This document shows, piece after piece, positions 37,193 to 49,574 of a stretch of DNA of 64,000 nt (within the stretch, counting starts at the first letter, position 1; the number at the start of each line of letters is the position of its first letter). The position numbers were made by a program, and so were the translations under genes. Origin of the DNA: Lama guanicoe (taxonomy: Eukaryota); contig MU054323.1 in assembly GCA_013239625.1 (NCBI GenBank), forward strand, positions 19,362,819 to 19,426,818. The letters run 5' to 3'. A model generated the notes under the pieces. The model had not been told where the DNA came from and did not search any database. It was given only the letters and a program-made list of their open reading frames with translations.

Positions 37193-40100
37193 AGAAGTGA
37201 TAAGGCAAACAGAATGAAAATCTTTGACTTTGAGCTCATCAGCAGTGGAGGCTTATCCACTTAAGGTCCATGAGGTCCCAGGGATTCCATGGCTGGGGAC
37301 CCAAGTCCTGGCTCTGAGTATCTTAACTCCTGACTCCTGATTTAAGATACATGAAGTCTGAGAATGAAAGAAAGAGGACTGAGAGATAAACACAATGAAA
37401 AAAAATTAAATTAAAAGATGTCCAAAAAATGTCCGTTGGGAGGTTCAAGAAGTTGTATGATCATTTTGAGAAGACATCAAATTGTTCCATAACTGAGTCT
37501 AAAAACAACCTCAATCAGGTGCCCAGAGGTGCCAGAGCTACAAAAATATCGAGAGAGACTTGCAAAGGAATTTGGACAAGATTAGAAACCAGAATTAGTT
37601 TTCAGAGTGATCATACATCATTCTAATACCTTACTAACTGCATTCTGCCAAAAAAATTCAAATTTGAATCATTCTTGGTCTCCAGATTTACAAACATCTG
37701 ATGTGAGGAATACACAAATGCTTTCCCTCTACAATTCAACATATTCCTAACATGCTGCACTGGCAGTTCCTGGAATAATGGAAGGTTATTTCTGTTTTTG
37801 TTACTGTTCCCTGACTTTAGGTAAAAACTGAGGGAAGTGTAATGGCATATTCATTTATAATTTCATGTGCATTCTGCTGATGTCAGGAGACTGGCATTAA
37901 TTATACTGGAAAAGTATACTTGATATACCTGAAAAAAAACAGTCATGTGGAACAGTACACAGCCACAAGTTTTAGGGACAAATTCTGAATCTTTATTCAG
38001 AAAGCCTGATACTCATATAACCCTCCCCGTATACACCGTCCGACCTTCAGATGAAGCATCGGCAATGTTCTACATTTATTCCATAAAGCACTAGAACAAG
38101 AGAGCAGTGTACACTTGCTTCCCTGAGACCTTCATCATTCTCCAATGTTTTATGGAAAAATTTGTTTCAGTCTTTGAGCAGCAGAGTTAAAATGATTTTT
38201 ATCAAAAGCTATGGGTCATATTTTCTTTATATTAGAGAAGATCTGGATTGATCATCTTTTTGTGGACAGGATATATCAGAGTGGCTGGGAACGTTTCTCC
38301 CGTGTAGAAAACTTCCCCCAATAAACACCCCCAGCAATGTATTTTTTAACACCTAACCCAAAAGCAACTCACACACATAATTTCCTTCAGAGTCTAACAG
38401 TCCATAAAGTTCAAAGTGTTCCAGGCTTTTCAGAACTGTAGCCCAAAACCACAATTCACGTTGCACACTTGCACATGCACGCAGGTGCGCATGCGCACAC
38501 ACACACACACACCACTAAATACTCCTTCAGCCACCTCATCAATGGATTTCATGGGTAAGTTCCAAGGACCAAGAGAGGCAGGTGGAGGCAGGATAAATTC
38601 CTGGTTGTTAAATGAGGAGCAAAGGAGATCCAGAGAGAATATTCTAGAACAGCAATGATTTGGAAACCAAAGATGCTATCCAAAGAGGCTATCCAAGACA
38701 AGGGGAACCAGGTGAAAAACCACGTCCAAAAAGAAGGATCTTTGACTGGGGAGGTTAAACAAGTCTGAAAGGGTGAACAGAAGGCTCAGGCTTGAGTTCC
38801 CTGAAGCACATATAGAAAGCAGGACCACCGTCTGCAGAAGTTCGGGCTTTGCCTGTTGGTAAGGAGGGCACTCTTATGGCCGTGAAAGCTACTCATGCAC
38901 AACATTTTTATTATCACAGTCTAAATGTCCACTCTGAAGAAAATGGTTAAGAAAACAGTCGTAACACTCAGAAGACTATTGTGCAGTTATTAAACATGAT
39001 GCTAATAAAAAAGCTTCTGATTACATGGGGCAAAGCATATGCTTTAATAGAAAATAATCAAAATAGCAGACTTAATAGACAGATTATAACTACTAAAAAC
39101 AAAACTGCATTAAAAAGAAGGCGACAGATAACATCTTCATTGAAATTTTGGTGTCAACAGTTATAAGGTTTTTATTTTTGTGTCGTTGGTTCTGTCTTAT
39201 TGTTTCATTCTCTGCATCTGCGCATTTTCCTAATTTTTTTCTCACCATACATGAGTTATTTTAACAGGAGAACATGTACAAATAAGCCATGTTTATTTTC
39301 TAGGTTCTAACAGCCAGAATTGTGCTGTCACAGAAAGAGCTCGGAAGTGGGAGTCGGAAGACCTGAGCTTCAGGACAAATCTGTTGCTGTCTAATGGTGT
39401 GGATTTAAGCAAGCCACCTAACCTCTGTCATAACCATCATCAGCTGACCTAAAGAACATGGAGTCAAGATTAATCTCTTCCCCAAGTGCTTTGCCCATGT
39501 TATCTCATGGAGTGCTCCCATCAATAAAGTAGACAGGTCTTGTTCCACCACTATATAGATGAGAAAACTGAGACATAAGGAGATGAAAGAACTGACCTAG
39601 ATCACCAAGCCAGCAAATAGTAGAACTAGGAATATAACTCAGGACTAACTCTGTGTCGCCTAACCTTTTCATCTTTGAAATAAAGATAAGCTGTACTTGT
39701 ACTTCTCAAGCTTTTCTACCTACATGTTTCCATCAAGGCAGGACCCTGCTTTCTTTTTGGCTCACTGATATGTCTCAAGCACTGAGTGCTTAGCAGATAG
39801 TAGGCACTCCGTAAATACTTGCTGAATAAAAGGACCTGCAGAGGATGCAAATTTCTCGGGTGTCTGATGTTTTAACTTAAAATGCCATGTGGACTTTGTA
39901 TTCTACCTCATAACATCACTTACGTGGTTTAATAATTATATCACAATATGTGTTTACCCTTAAAATTACTTTTCAAACCATTCAACTCAAGTAACTTTAA
40001 TCCCTTTTCCCTCACCAGATTAGGAAAACTGCTGCTCCTGGAAGACCTGACGTACTTATCCTCAGGTTTCTTGTGTGCCTGGCACACCTTACACACCATC

Positions 40101-40249
40101 ATGGGCACACACACTCAGGCTATGGATCTAAATGGTCTCTAATGCTTTGGGAACAGAGGAGAATCCACCAGATAAAACTGAACTAGTGAGACATACAGTG
40201 GGACCTCTTTGTTCTGGAAGTAAAGCTTTTATGTCTTCCATCTAAGACT

Positions 40250-40650
40250 GCATTGGGTTTTTTGACAGCTGAAATAAATTAGCTCATTTACAGCCTGTGA
40301 TGAACTAAAAGTCCTAGATCGTTCTTATAGGAAATGATGGTAAACCAGATACTCCTCATCTGATACCTAATTTTTTGAACCTGTGTGCAAGGTTGTGCGT
40401 TTCCTCCCAAATAAAATCAATCATGAGGCTCAGGTCATCATTGTAGTCTGTTGAGAGCTTTACTGAACCCAGTAGTATCATCTACCATAGGAGCCATGTG
40501 ACGGAAATTTTTCAGATATGCCTTCCACATCTTCATTCAAAGCATTTATATATACCAAAAAAAAAAAAAACCCAACAGTCCAACAGTGCAGGACACAGTT
40601 TTGGGGCATGCCACCAGACACCTCCATCTAGGTCAAAAATATTCATGACT
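40250..40650 (-). mobile_element. L3/CR1 LINE fragment
   Basis: tgcattgggttttttgacagc...aactaaaagtcctagatc...ttttttgaacctgtgtgcaagg...ggggcatgccaccagacacctcc resembles antisense CR1/L3. Confidence 0.65.
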
Positions 40651-41077
40651 CAGAGGGAGCGTTTGCCTTAGTAAAGGGACATATCAAAAATTCCTGTGTG
40701 GGCATGAGATATTTTTATATTTTTCAAAATAAAAGGAATTAGCTTTAAAGGACTAGACACACTGACCTAGGAGACAAAAAATAATTCATCAATGTGCTAG
40801 GTACCATTGATCTGTGAATCTGCCCATCTGCACTTTCATCCATTTTTGTCTATAGGATATAGAAAAAAAAAATGTTGACGCCATGAGCTTCGAAATTAAG
40901 ACCTCTGATAATTTTTTTTAATAAGGCTAATTTGGCATTGTTTAGTTCCATTGCCTTTTTTCTGAAAGTTCAAAAACAATAGGCAGCTTTTTCCTAGAAA
41001 TTAATATCCATTTCACTGGTATAAATATTCTGGAATTTTCCTTTTATCCACCACTTTTAATATTACTTTTACCTGTC

Positions 41078-41502
41078 TGTAGCAGATATTAACGGAACCC
41101 CACTCATTACCCACCTCAGCCTTCTCTGAAGGTCACCACATACTTTGTTCCTATCTGCCAAAGGGCATTCTCTGCCAAAGAAGCCTGCTAGACCCAGGAG
41201 CAGAGGAGAATTTGCCAGAAGGCTACTGCCCCAGGGCATCCTAATGAGGGATGAAGTTTGGTGGATAAATCCCAGCTGAATCCCCTTCAGTGAGACAATT
41301 CAGAAGGAGTCTCTCAAAAGGACATAAGATGGCATGAGCACAATTTCCAACAGTAATAATTCACAAATCAACACATCTTTGCTGGCTCTCCTCTGTCCTT
41401 CAGCTCACTGTCCCACTCCTATTCTGTGTTTCCTGGGATACTTCCCAAACACCCACCTGCACCCACATCCTGATCTCGGGGAGAGGATCAAGAACTAAGA
41501 CA
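41078..41502 (+). mobile_element. ERVL solo LTR, LTR16-like
   Basis: TG...CA ends (tgtagcagat...aactaagaca) and the motifs gtttggtggataaatcccagct and tttcctgggatacttcccaaac. Confidence 0.75.
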
Positions 41503-41822
41503 CTATTTCTAATCTCCCAGCGCTGCTCCAGCTGTGTGATCATTCTAAAATCACTGAAAGCGTTTGCCCAGTCACATCAAATGCTGTTTCACTACCTATA
41601 GATGCAGTGCAGTTGTGTGTACAGGCCAAAACTCACTGAAAACCACGGGTCCTTTCTTACCACTGCTCTGCCTCTTTTGGGCCTCAGTGGCCCTTAGTCA
41701 GGTTTATTCTACATTTTACAGTATAAAATCCTTCTTGCTGGAGAAGAGGAAAACAAAATGGAAGTTAAGCAGTACTGCTTTTTTCTCTCTCAGGATACCT
41801 CAAAGTCACATAGAAAGTCCTC

Positions 41823-42452
41823 ATATATACCTGGAGGAAACTAATTTGAAAAGACACCTGTACCCCAATGTTCACAGCAGCAGTATTTACAATAGCCAAG
41901 ACACGGAGGCAACCTCAATGCCCATCAACAGATGACGGGATAAAGAAGTTGTGGTATATCTATACAATGGAATAATACTCAACCATAGAAAAGGATAAAA
42001 TAATGCCATTTGAAGGAACATGGATGGACCTGGAGATCGTCATACTAAGTGAAGTGAGCCAGAAAGAGAAAGAAAAATACTGTATGATATCACTTATATG
42101 TGGAATCTTAAAAAAAGAGAAGAACGACATAAATGAGCTTATTTACAAAACAGAGATAGACTCGCAGACATAGAAAACAAACTTACAGTTACCAGCAGAG
42201 ATAGAGGGTAGGGAGGGATAAACTGGAAGTTCAGGATTTGTAGATGCTAACTACTATATATAAAATAGATGAACAACAAGGCTCTACTGTATAGCACAGG
42301 GAACTACATTCAATGCCTTGTCATGGCCTATAATGAAAGAGAATATGAAAAGGAATATTTATATGATTGAATCACTATACTGTACACTGGAAATTAACAC
42401 AACATTGTGGATTGACTATACTTCAATAAAAACAAAAATCCAGCGCTGAAAA
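41823..42452 (+). mobile_element. 5'-truncated L1 3' end
   Basis: ORF2 end plus 3'UTR ending gactatacttcaataaaa; probable TSD aaagtc(c/t)tc at 41814-41822 and 42453-42461. Confidence 0.9.
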
Positions 42453-45400
42453 AAAGTCTTCCAAAGAAGGACGTGAGGTTAAAAATATACACATAGTGCT
42501 AAGACTAAGCAATACCCAAATATTCCATTAAACAACCATTTATAAGATAGTTAGCATCCATCTATAAGAGACTAAGAGACGAAGCAGTTTGGCAAGTGGG
42601 AATGTTGTGTTTTTATCATTCAAGGGTCTAAATTCTAAACTAGGGTTCTATTATTCTTTCAACAAATACCTCTTTAGTTCCCAGAATATGCCAGGCACTG
42701 CACTAAAAACCGGAGAGCTACATTTGAGAACAAGATACGCTCCCTGATTCTAAGGAACTTACCCTGCGTGGACAGTGTTGGGGGTAGATGTGGGCAGGAG
42801 CAATCCACCTGACCACGCCACATCACTCCTCTAGAGCCACTCAAGTAGGATCTTGAATTTCTAAATGCACCATATTCCATAGAAAGTAAATTATTCTCAT
42901 ATTAAATTGATACTTAATTCATATCCCAAAGCTTCTGAGTCCAGTTATCTGTCATTGTACATTTTTACCCAAACGATGAGAACAGAGTATCCCCCACAGC
43001 TCCCAGAATCCTTTGTGATGTCCTGTTCCCTATTAATCTTCTTCCACTGGGAGGTTAGGTTTCATATGGCTGAAAGTGAATGGCACCTTATTAAAGGCTC
43101 ACAAGAATATTACGCTGTAGGCAGAGGCACTGAGAATACGCTGAGTCTGTGTTAAACGACTGGTCTTTGCGGGAAGCCTGCCAGACTAGCACATTATGCC
43201 AAAAGTGAACACCTTGTGGTCAAGAACGTCAGCCTGAGGAAACAGAACACCAAGGACGCCTTCTCTGAAACTGCCACAGAGCAGACCTGTTCCAAATGTG
43301 CCTGGCACCAAACCGCATTAAACCCTGGTAAGAAACCCAGTTCCCACAACAGTTTCATGTGGTAGCTCTGAGAACAGACCTAGAACACGTCACTTCAGAT
43401 ATCACTTATCTTTGCAAGAAGCCTTTTCAGGCTAAACAGACACACACACACAAAAGGTTCCCTATAGACATATTCCATGTGATTTTGTACTCCGTTTATA
43501 ATGACCTTTTTCAGAAAAAGCACTGTTTACACGAGTCATTCTTTTTTTAGACTAGCATAACAATTGCTTTTAGAAAACTCAGCTATTAGAACACCTGAGT
43601 TTAAAAGAAGAAAACCCACTTCCTATTACGTTTCTTTCATTAAAGTGAGTCACATGTATCATCGTTGTTGAAGTAGAATTCTTTAACAGATTCGTTCTGG
43701 AGGAAAAACACTTCAGGAAACACAGTAAAAGGTTTCCAAGCCCTTGCTATGGAAAAAAAATTTCTTACTAATGTCCCATTTCCCCTCTTCCAACTAAATA
43801 AGCCTGCAATACCCACTGTGGGATGAGATGATAAACGGTGCAAACAGGACTTTAGTTTTCTGCTCCTTTATGAGGTTTGTGGCCTTAAGAGAATCACAAC
43901 CTGTCTGAGGCTCAGTTTTTGTTTTGTTTTGTTTTCTTTTTCAAAACAGACTCTTTAAGGATGTAAAGGGATGACACACTTGCAATGCCTGGCATAGAGC
44001 TGGTACTCAGCAGAGTAACTGGTGGTAGCGGAGAAATCATTGCAATAACAGAGCTGTCCCCTGAGAGCACCTGCAACCCAGGCCACTGAGCCGATGCTCT
44101 TATGGGTTGTACTCTCTGGGTCTGGGAATCCACTGGTTTGGGAGATTTCCTATTAACTTTCCCTCCTAAAGGTACCCTGGAAGACAAGCTTTCATGCACA
44201 CACAGCAACTCAGGGTCAAGCTTCAAACCAGCCCAATCCAGTTTGTAAGGCTGCCATCGCAATGACTCCAGCGTGCCTACATGGAATTGATTATTCATAG
44301 AGATTTTTCTCCTCTTATGATAGAATGTAAAGGCAAGAGATCCTCTTCCATCCAAGAAAGACCTCTTCCGGGGATGAATCTAGCCAGCAAATACTGTTTA
44401 TGTACAACAACTTCTACTTATTAAATTATATTACTTATTTCTTAGCTCTCACTAAAATGAGTTGTTTTGAACATTAACTCATCTGATACGGGTATTTTCT
44501 AACAATATTAAATGCTGAAGAATAAAAACCTGTCCTGTCTGACATACAAAATGTATGATATACACATATGATATACATGACACTTCTAGACCAAGCACTC
44601 AGTGTTTGCCAGTTTTACTTGTCAACTACATCACTGTACAGTAACATATACTGTCAGAAAGCTTTTCTTTGAAAAGGCATGTCTTCTGTTGGTTTGCCTG
44701 CTTTTGCTCTAAGACTAATTAGCCATAACAATTAGCATAGGTGCAAGTTCTAAAAAGAAATAACGATTAATTGAAATGGAACCACGCTACAGGCAAGTCA
44801 TTGTAATAAAAATGAAGCATGAGATATTACACAGGCAAAATGCTGTACTTTCTCAGGCTCACAGCCACCAAATACATCCTTTTTGACACTTCTCAGAATG
44901 ATAAATATTTTATAGGTTGGCAGGGTTTTTTTTTTCCCAGAAAGCTTGCACTTAATGGCATTTTAACACATAAGATAATCCAAGTGTGTAAACTGTATAC
45001 TTTTCAAAGAAAATATTCAGACAATTTAAAGTAACTGGGAATCAAAACAAACCTCAGGGTAAAAAATTAAAAAGTTACACGAAAATCAATATGGAACCCT
45101 ATTTTGGGACCATGTAGGTGTTGCTGTACTACCTTTAAAGCATATCAGAGCTCTTCATTGATAGCTCAAAAATATAAACTATAAACATGGAGAAAAAGCA
45201 CCTCTACACTGGTTTCCGTAACCTAGTCTACATAGAAATGCTCCTTTAGATACAGAAAAGACCTGTTGGAAGAAGTAACCATTTGTCATTCGGTGGCACC
45301 TTGGACCTCTGCTGCTCTTTAAAGGGCTTTCATTATTGTTTACTTGTTAATGGAGCCTGGGCGCTCATCGGGACCCACAGTTTCCTCAGATGACGGGTTT

Positions 45401-45878
45401 CTTTTCTGAGCAATGAACACACTGGATTTTTAAAGGGAATAAACAGCCAAGATGAAGCTTCACTTGCTGTGAAGGTCATGACTGCTGCCCTGAGAATAAG
45501 CTGCTTCTTTTCAGTCAAGAAATGGAATGAATTCACGATGAGCTCAAGACAGAAAGCCACATCCCAAAGACGAGACTGAGCCTGAGAAGGTGCTGATGCT
45601 GAGGTGGGGCCATTCTACCCTTTCTCCACAATCCATCTTGGCATTTTATGCTCATAGAAATTGTTTTCCTTTTGGTTAAAGAAATCCATTATTCTGGGCT
45701 CTGTGGGTTTTTTTTTTAAAGCCGCATAAAAAGAAGAAATTTAGTTGTGCTATTTGCCCCTGAGGCAGGACAGATGTTCAAGAGATTACTTCAGTTAACT
45801 TCAATATATGCACATCTTATTTTTCCCGCAGGGAAAAAAAAATTGCTAATCATGTTCTTTCAGCCACAAATGTCTCAC

Positions 45879-45950
45879 CTGAGAAGGCCATTTTAAGAAG
45901 AATTACTTGTTATTCAAAATGAACACAGAATTAATGCGTAACAGGCCAAA
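45879..45950 (-). other. Candidate alternative first exon encoding M-A-F-S (phase 1); 5' end unknown
   Basis: Minus strand: cttcttaaaATGGCCTTCTCAG|gtgaga. Kozak context (A at -3, G at +4) at 45891 lies 13 nt before a strong donor, in repeat-free sequence. Confidence 0.3.
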
Positions 45951-46820
45951 TTGCTTCTTGGGCATATTACTCTTATAAAGGGTAAATCTGAGGAAAGTTA
46001 CTGAGAGGAATTCACTCCAGTGATCAGTTTTACTGAGTCATCAATGCCCTAATTACTCAACATACACATTATCTACCCCTTCCCTATTTCTATTGGGAAT
46101 AATCTGTCACCAAACCAGCGAATGCTTTCTTTATATTAGTATGTCTTAAAAATAGAAGCATTTCCGGAAGCTATCCCAGCAAGACTACGAGGACATTTCC
46201 TGCATAATATTTCCCATCCCCTGTATCCCAATAAATAAAAACAAGTTCACAGTTGGAAAAAACATAGGAGCATTTATAGAAACCGTTACATTTCAGAGAG
46301 ACTTGTGCCAGTCTGCACACAATAGAGTTTTGAAAAAAATAGAATTTAGGGAATAGGCATACATTCAAGAACACCAGTACCTTGCTTTCATTATCTGCAT
46401 GTTTGAAAAATCTTAGCATCTGAAAGACTTTATATAGAGTGTTTGGGGTTTTGTTTTGATAGTTGATCAAGACAGCCTGAGTCCATGAACTGAAGAAAAC
46501 TATCAAAGCATGGTCCTGGTCGGCAAGAGACAGGGAGTGTGTCACTAACCACATGGTTGACCTGCATCAATGTTTAATCCCTCAGGACCTCAGGGTCTGC
46601 CATGACAAAGTGACAAGGTTGAAGTAAATGATTCCTAATGTCAGCTTCAGAATTTGTAGCTGGTAAATATTAGGAAAACTCAACAGAAGTTTCCTAACAT
46701 GAAACCAATTTTTCTATGAATACTTTTAAAGATAATGAAGGTAAGAAGATAGCCATATATTTGCATGCATATTGAAGACAAGTTCAGAAAGATATATAAC
46801 ACACAGTCCATGGGAAGAAG

Positions 46821-46822
<2 letters not shown>

Positions 46823-46852
<30 letters not shown>
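46823..46852. repeat. (GT)15 microsatellite
   Basis: Perfect dinucleotide run. Confidence 0.97.
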
Positions 46853-46853
<1 letters not shown>

Positions 46854-48814
46854 TACAGAAGAGGGAGGTGTTTTTGTCTCTTTAAATTCTTCTGAAATGT
46901 AAGAATGCTGATTTGATGAACACAGAACTTTTGCAACTGAAATAATGTCCACTAAAAATACACAGGAAAACTGCAATGCAAATACAAAATTTAATGTTTT
47001 TCCACAAGAAGTAATTTTTGAATTCCAAATATACAATCATTATCCCCTGGCTGTACTGATATAATTGTTTTCGGAACATATCTATGTTTAGGGTTGTCTT
47101 AGTCCTGATGTTCTCTCCCTTGTTTCTGTTTATCGAGTTTCTGCTTAACTTCCCAGTCCTGCTCCCTTAGCACCTTCTCCTCTGTCTCTGGCTTTTCATG
47201 TTAAGTCCACTCCAACACTTGCACAGTAATGCTACCATGTTCCTGTGTCTCTCCCTAAGCCCCAAAGACAGGGACCTTGCCTTACTCTTCTTTATTTCCT
47301 CCCAAATTCTTAGCACTGTACCTGGCATGGGGAGATGGCTCTGTGTATTTTAATTCTGGAGCACATTGTGATGGAATATGATACCTTATAATCTCTGTTC
47401 AAGAGGAAAAAGAAAACTCCTGTTGCATACTATAAACATATGCACCTTACAGAAAGCAACAATTTGAGCTAAATGTCACTAGAGGTATGTTAACTGAATA
47501 AAGATCCAGTTCTTTAGGAATGGTTTGCTTGAGCTTACTGGGTAGACTAAATTTCATCAACAATGCCCAAGGCATTCTCTAATCTAAATTTTAAAAAATG
47601 TTTTTCCTATCCAAAATTTTCAAGGAACAGGAACTAAATTTAATGAAAGATGGTGAAACGCTGAGAGGGGAGAAAATAGTAAGAATTAGAACTGGGAACA
47701 GTTTCTCCATACGCCATCACTACCGTGAGCATCAGCAAGCAGCCCACTTCTAAGAAGAGGAAGCTGAGACCCAAGATTGAATCAAAGAGACAACTGACTT
47801 GTGATGAAGAGTAATTTGTAACGGTCCAGGAATTGGAAACATGGAATTCAATCTCCCTTTGTATCACTCACTTTCTGTGCCAATTTGGACAAGTCACTTC
47901 AGTTCTAGGAGTTTAATTTCCATATCTATAAAACAATGTTCATCATCTCTGCCTATTATTGGAAAGATTAGACGCCTTAGTGTATATAAAAACAACTCAT
48001 ACACTGTTTACTGCATAGGGATATAGAACACTATTGTTTATTATAGGGATTTCTTCAATAATCTCTCTTCCTGGCCTCCATAGATTGGAAGTGCCATGGA
48101 GGAGGAATCTGACAATGCATAGAACCACAAGACCTGCCTTCTGTGCTCTTGCCCTTTATAACTGGGTAGCTTTAGGCAGTGCCTTAACCTCCCTTTGCTT
48201 CAGTTTTCCATGGGAAAAATTATTATGTTGACACAGTCTACAGATATTTAAATGGGAAAATGCTTGTGAAATGCTTTGCAAAGAGTTTAACTAAGACAAG
48301 CATAATCGGTCTTGGAAAGGGAGTGACAGAAAGATAAAGTGACTTATACTAAGATGTTCAGCTTATAATATATAGGAAGAAACTAGATTAGAAACTAGTT
48401 TCAAGTTCCTGACTATTTGAATAAGTAAATGAGGTATACAAAACATTGGTCTGAAAAATATATAACACTATACAAATGGAAGCTCTAATTTCTACCATAA
48501 AGAAAAAAAATTACATGCATAAATTGGTTACAATAATATTTGTACATAGAGGCATTACTGTTCAAGTACATTTATTGTGAAATAACACATTTGTTCTACG
48601 TATTTGACAATGACTTACCAGTTCATAGTAACTACTGGTTTCCAGCTTCTCATGCACTTCCCATCAAAATCAAAAACCATTTGTTTCCAAGCCTAATGTC
48701 TGGGTATAGCTGCTGCTTGTCCTGCTTATGCAACCAAGATTTTATTTAAAAATTGCTCTCTCGGTCTTGCCCAAAATGTTCTTGAGCATTAACCAACTAA
48801 GAAAACCAGCTTGA

Positions 48815-49574
48815 CTATCATCAAAAAGTCAACAAATAATAAATGCTGGAGAGGATGCAGAGAAAAGGGAACCCTCCTATACTGCTGGTGGGAATATAAA
48901 TTGGTGCAGCCACTATGGAAAACAGTATGGAGTTTCCTTAAATGACTAAAACTGGATCTACCATATGATCCAGCAATCCCACTCCTGGGCATATATCCAG
49001 AAAAGATGAAAACGAATTTGAAAAGATACATGCACCCCAACGTTCATAGCATTATTTACGATAACCAAGACATGGAGACAACCCAAGTGCCCATCAACAG
49101 ACAACTGGCTTAAGAAGATGTGGTATGGACACAATGGAATGTTACTCAGCCATAAAAAGAATGAAATAATGCCATGTGCAGCAACATGGACAGACCTAGA
49201 GAATATTACACTTAGTGAATTAAATCAGAAAAAGATAAATACTATATGGTATCACTTACATGTAGAATCTAAAAAAATAATACAAGTGAATCTATATATT
49301 AAAAACAGATTTACAGACATAGAAAACTTATGATTACCAAAGGGGAAAGGGGGAGGAAGATAAATTAGGGGTATGGGATTAACAAACTACTATACATAAA
49401 ATAGATAAGTAACAAGGACCTATTGTATAGCACAAGATACTGAATTCAGTATCTTGTAATAACCTACAATGGAAAATTATTTATTTATATATTTATTTAT
49501 TTATATATGCATATATATATAAAACAACTGAATCACTTTGCCATAAACCTGAAACTAACACAATAAAAAAAGAA
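48815..49574 (+). mobile_element. 5'-truncated L1 3' end
   Basis: aaatgctggagaggatgcagagaaaagggaaccctcc through the 3'UTR and A tail; 16-bp TSD aagaaaaccagc(t/c)tga at 48799-48814 and 49575-49590. Confidence 0.92.
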
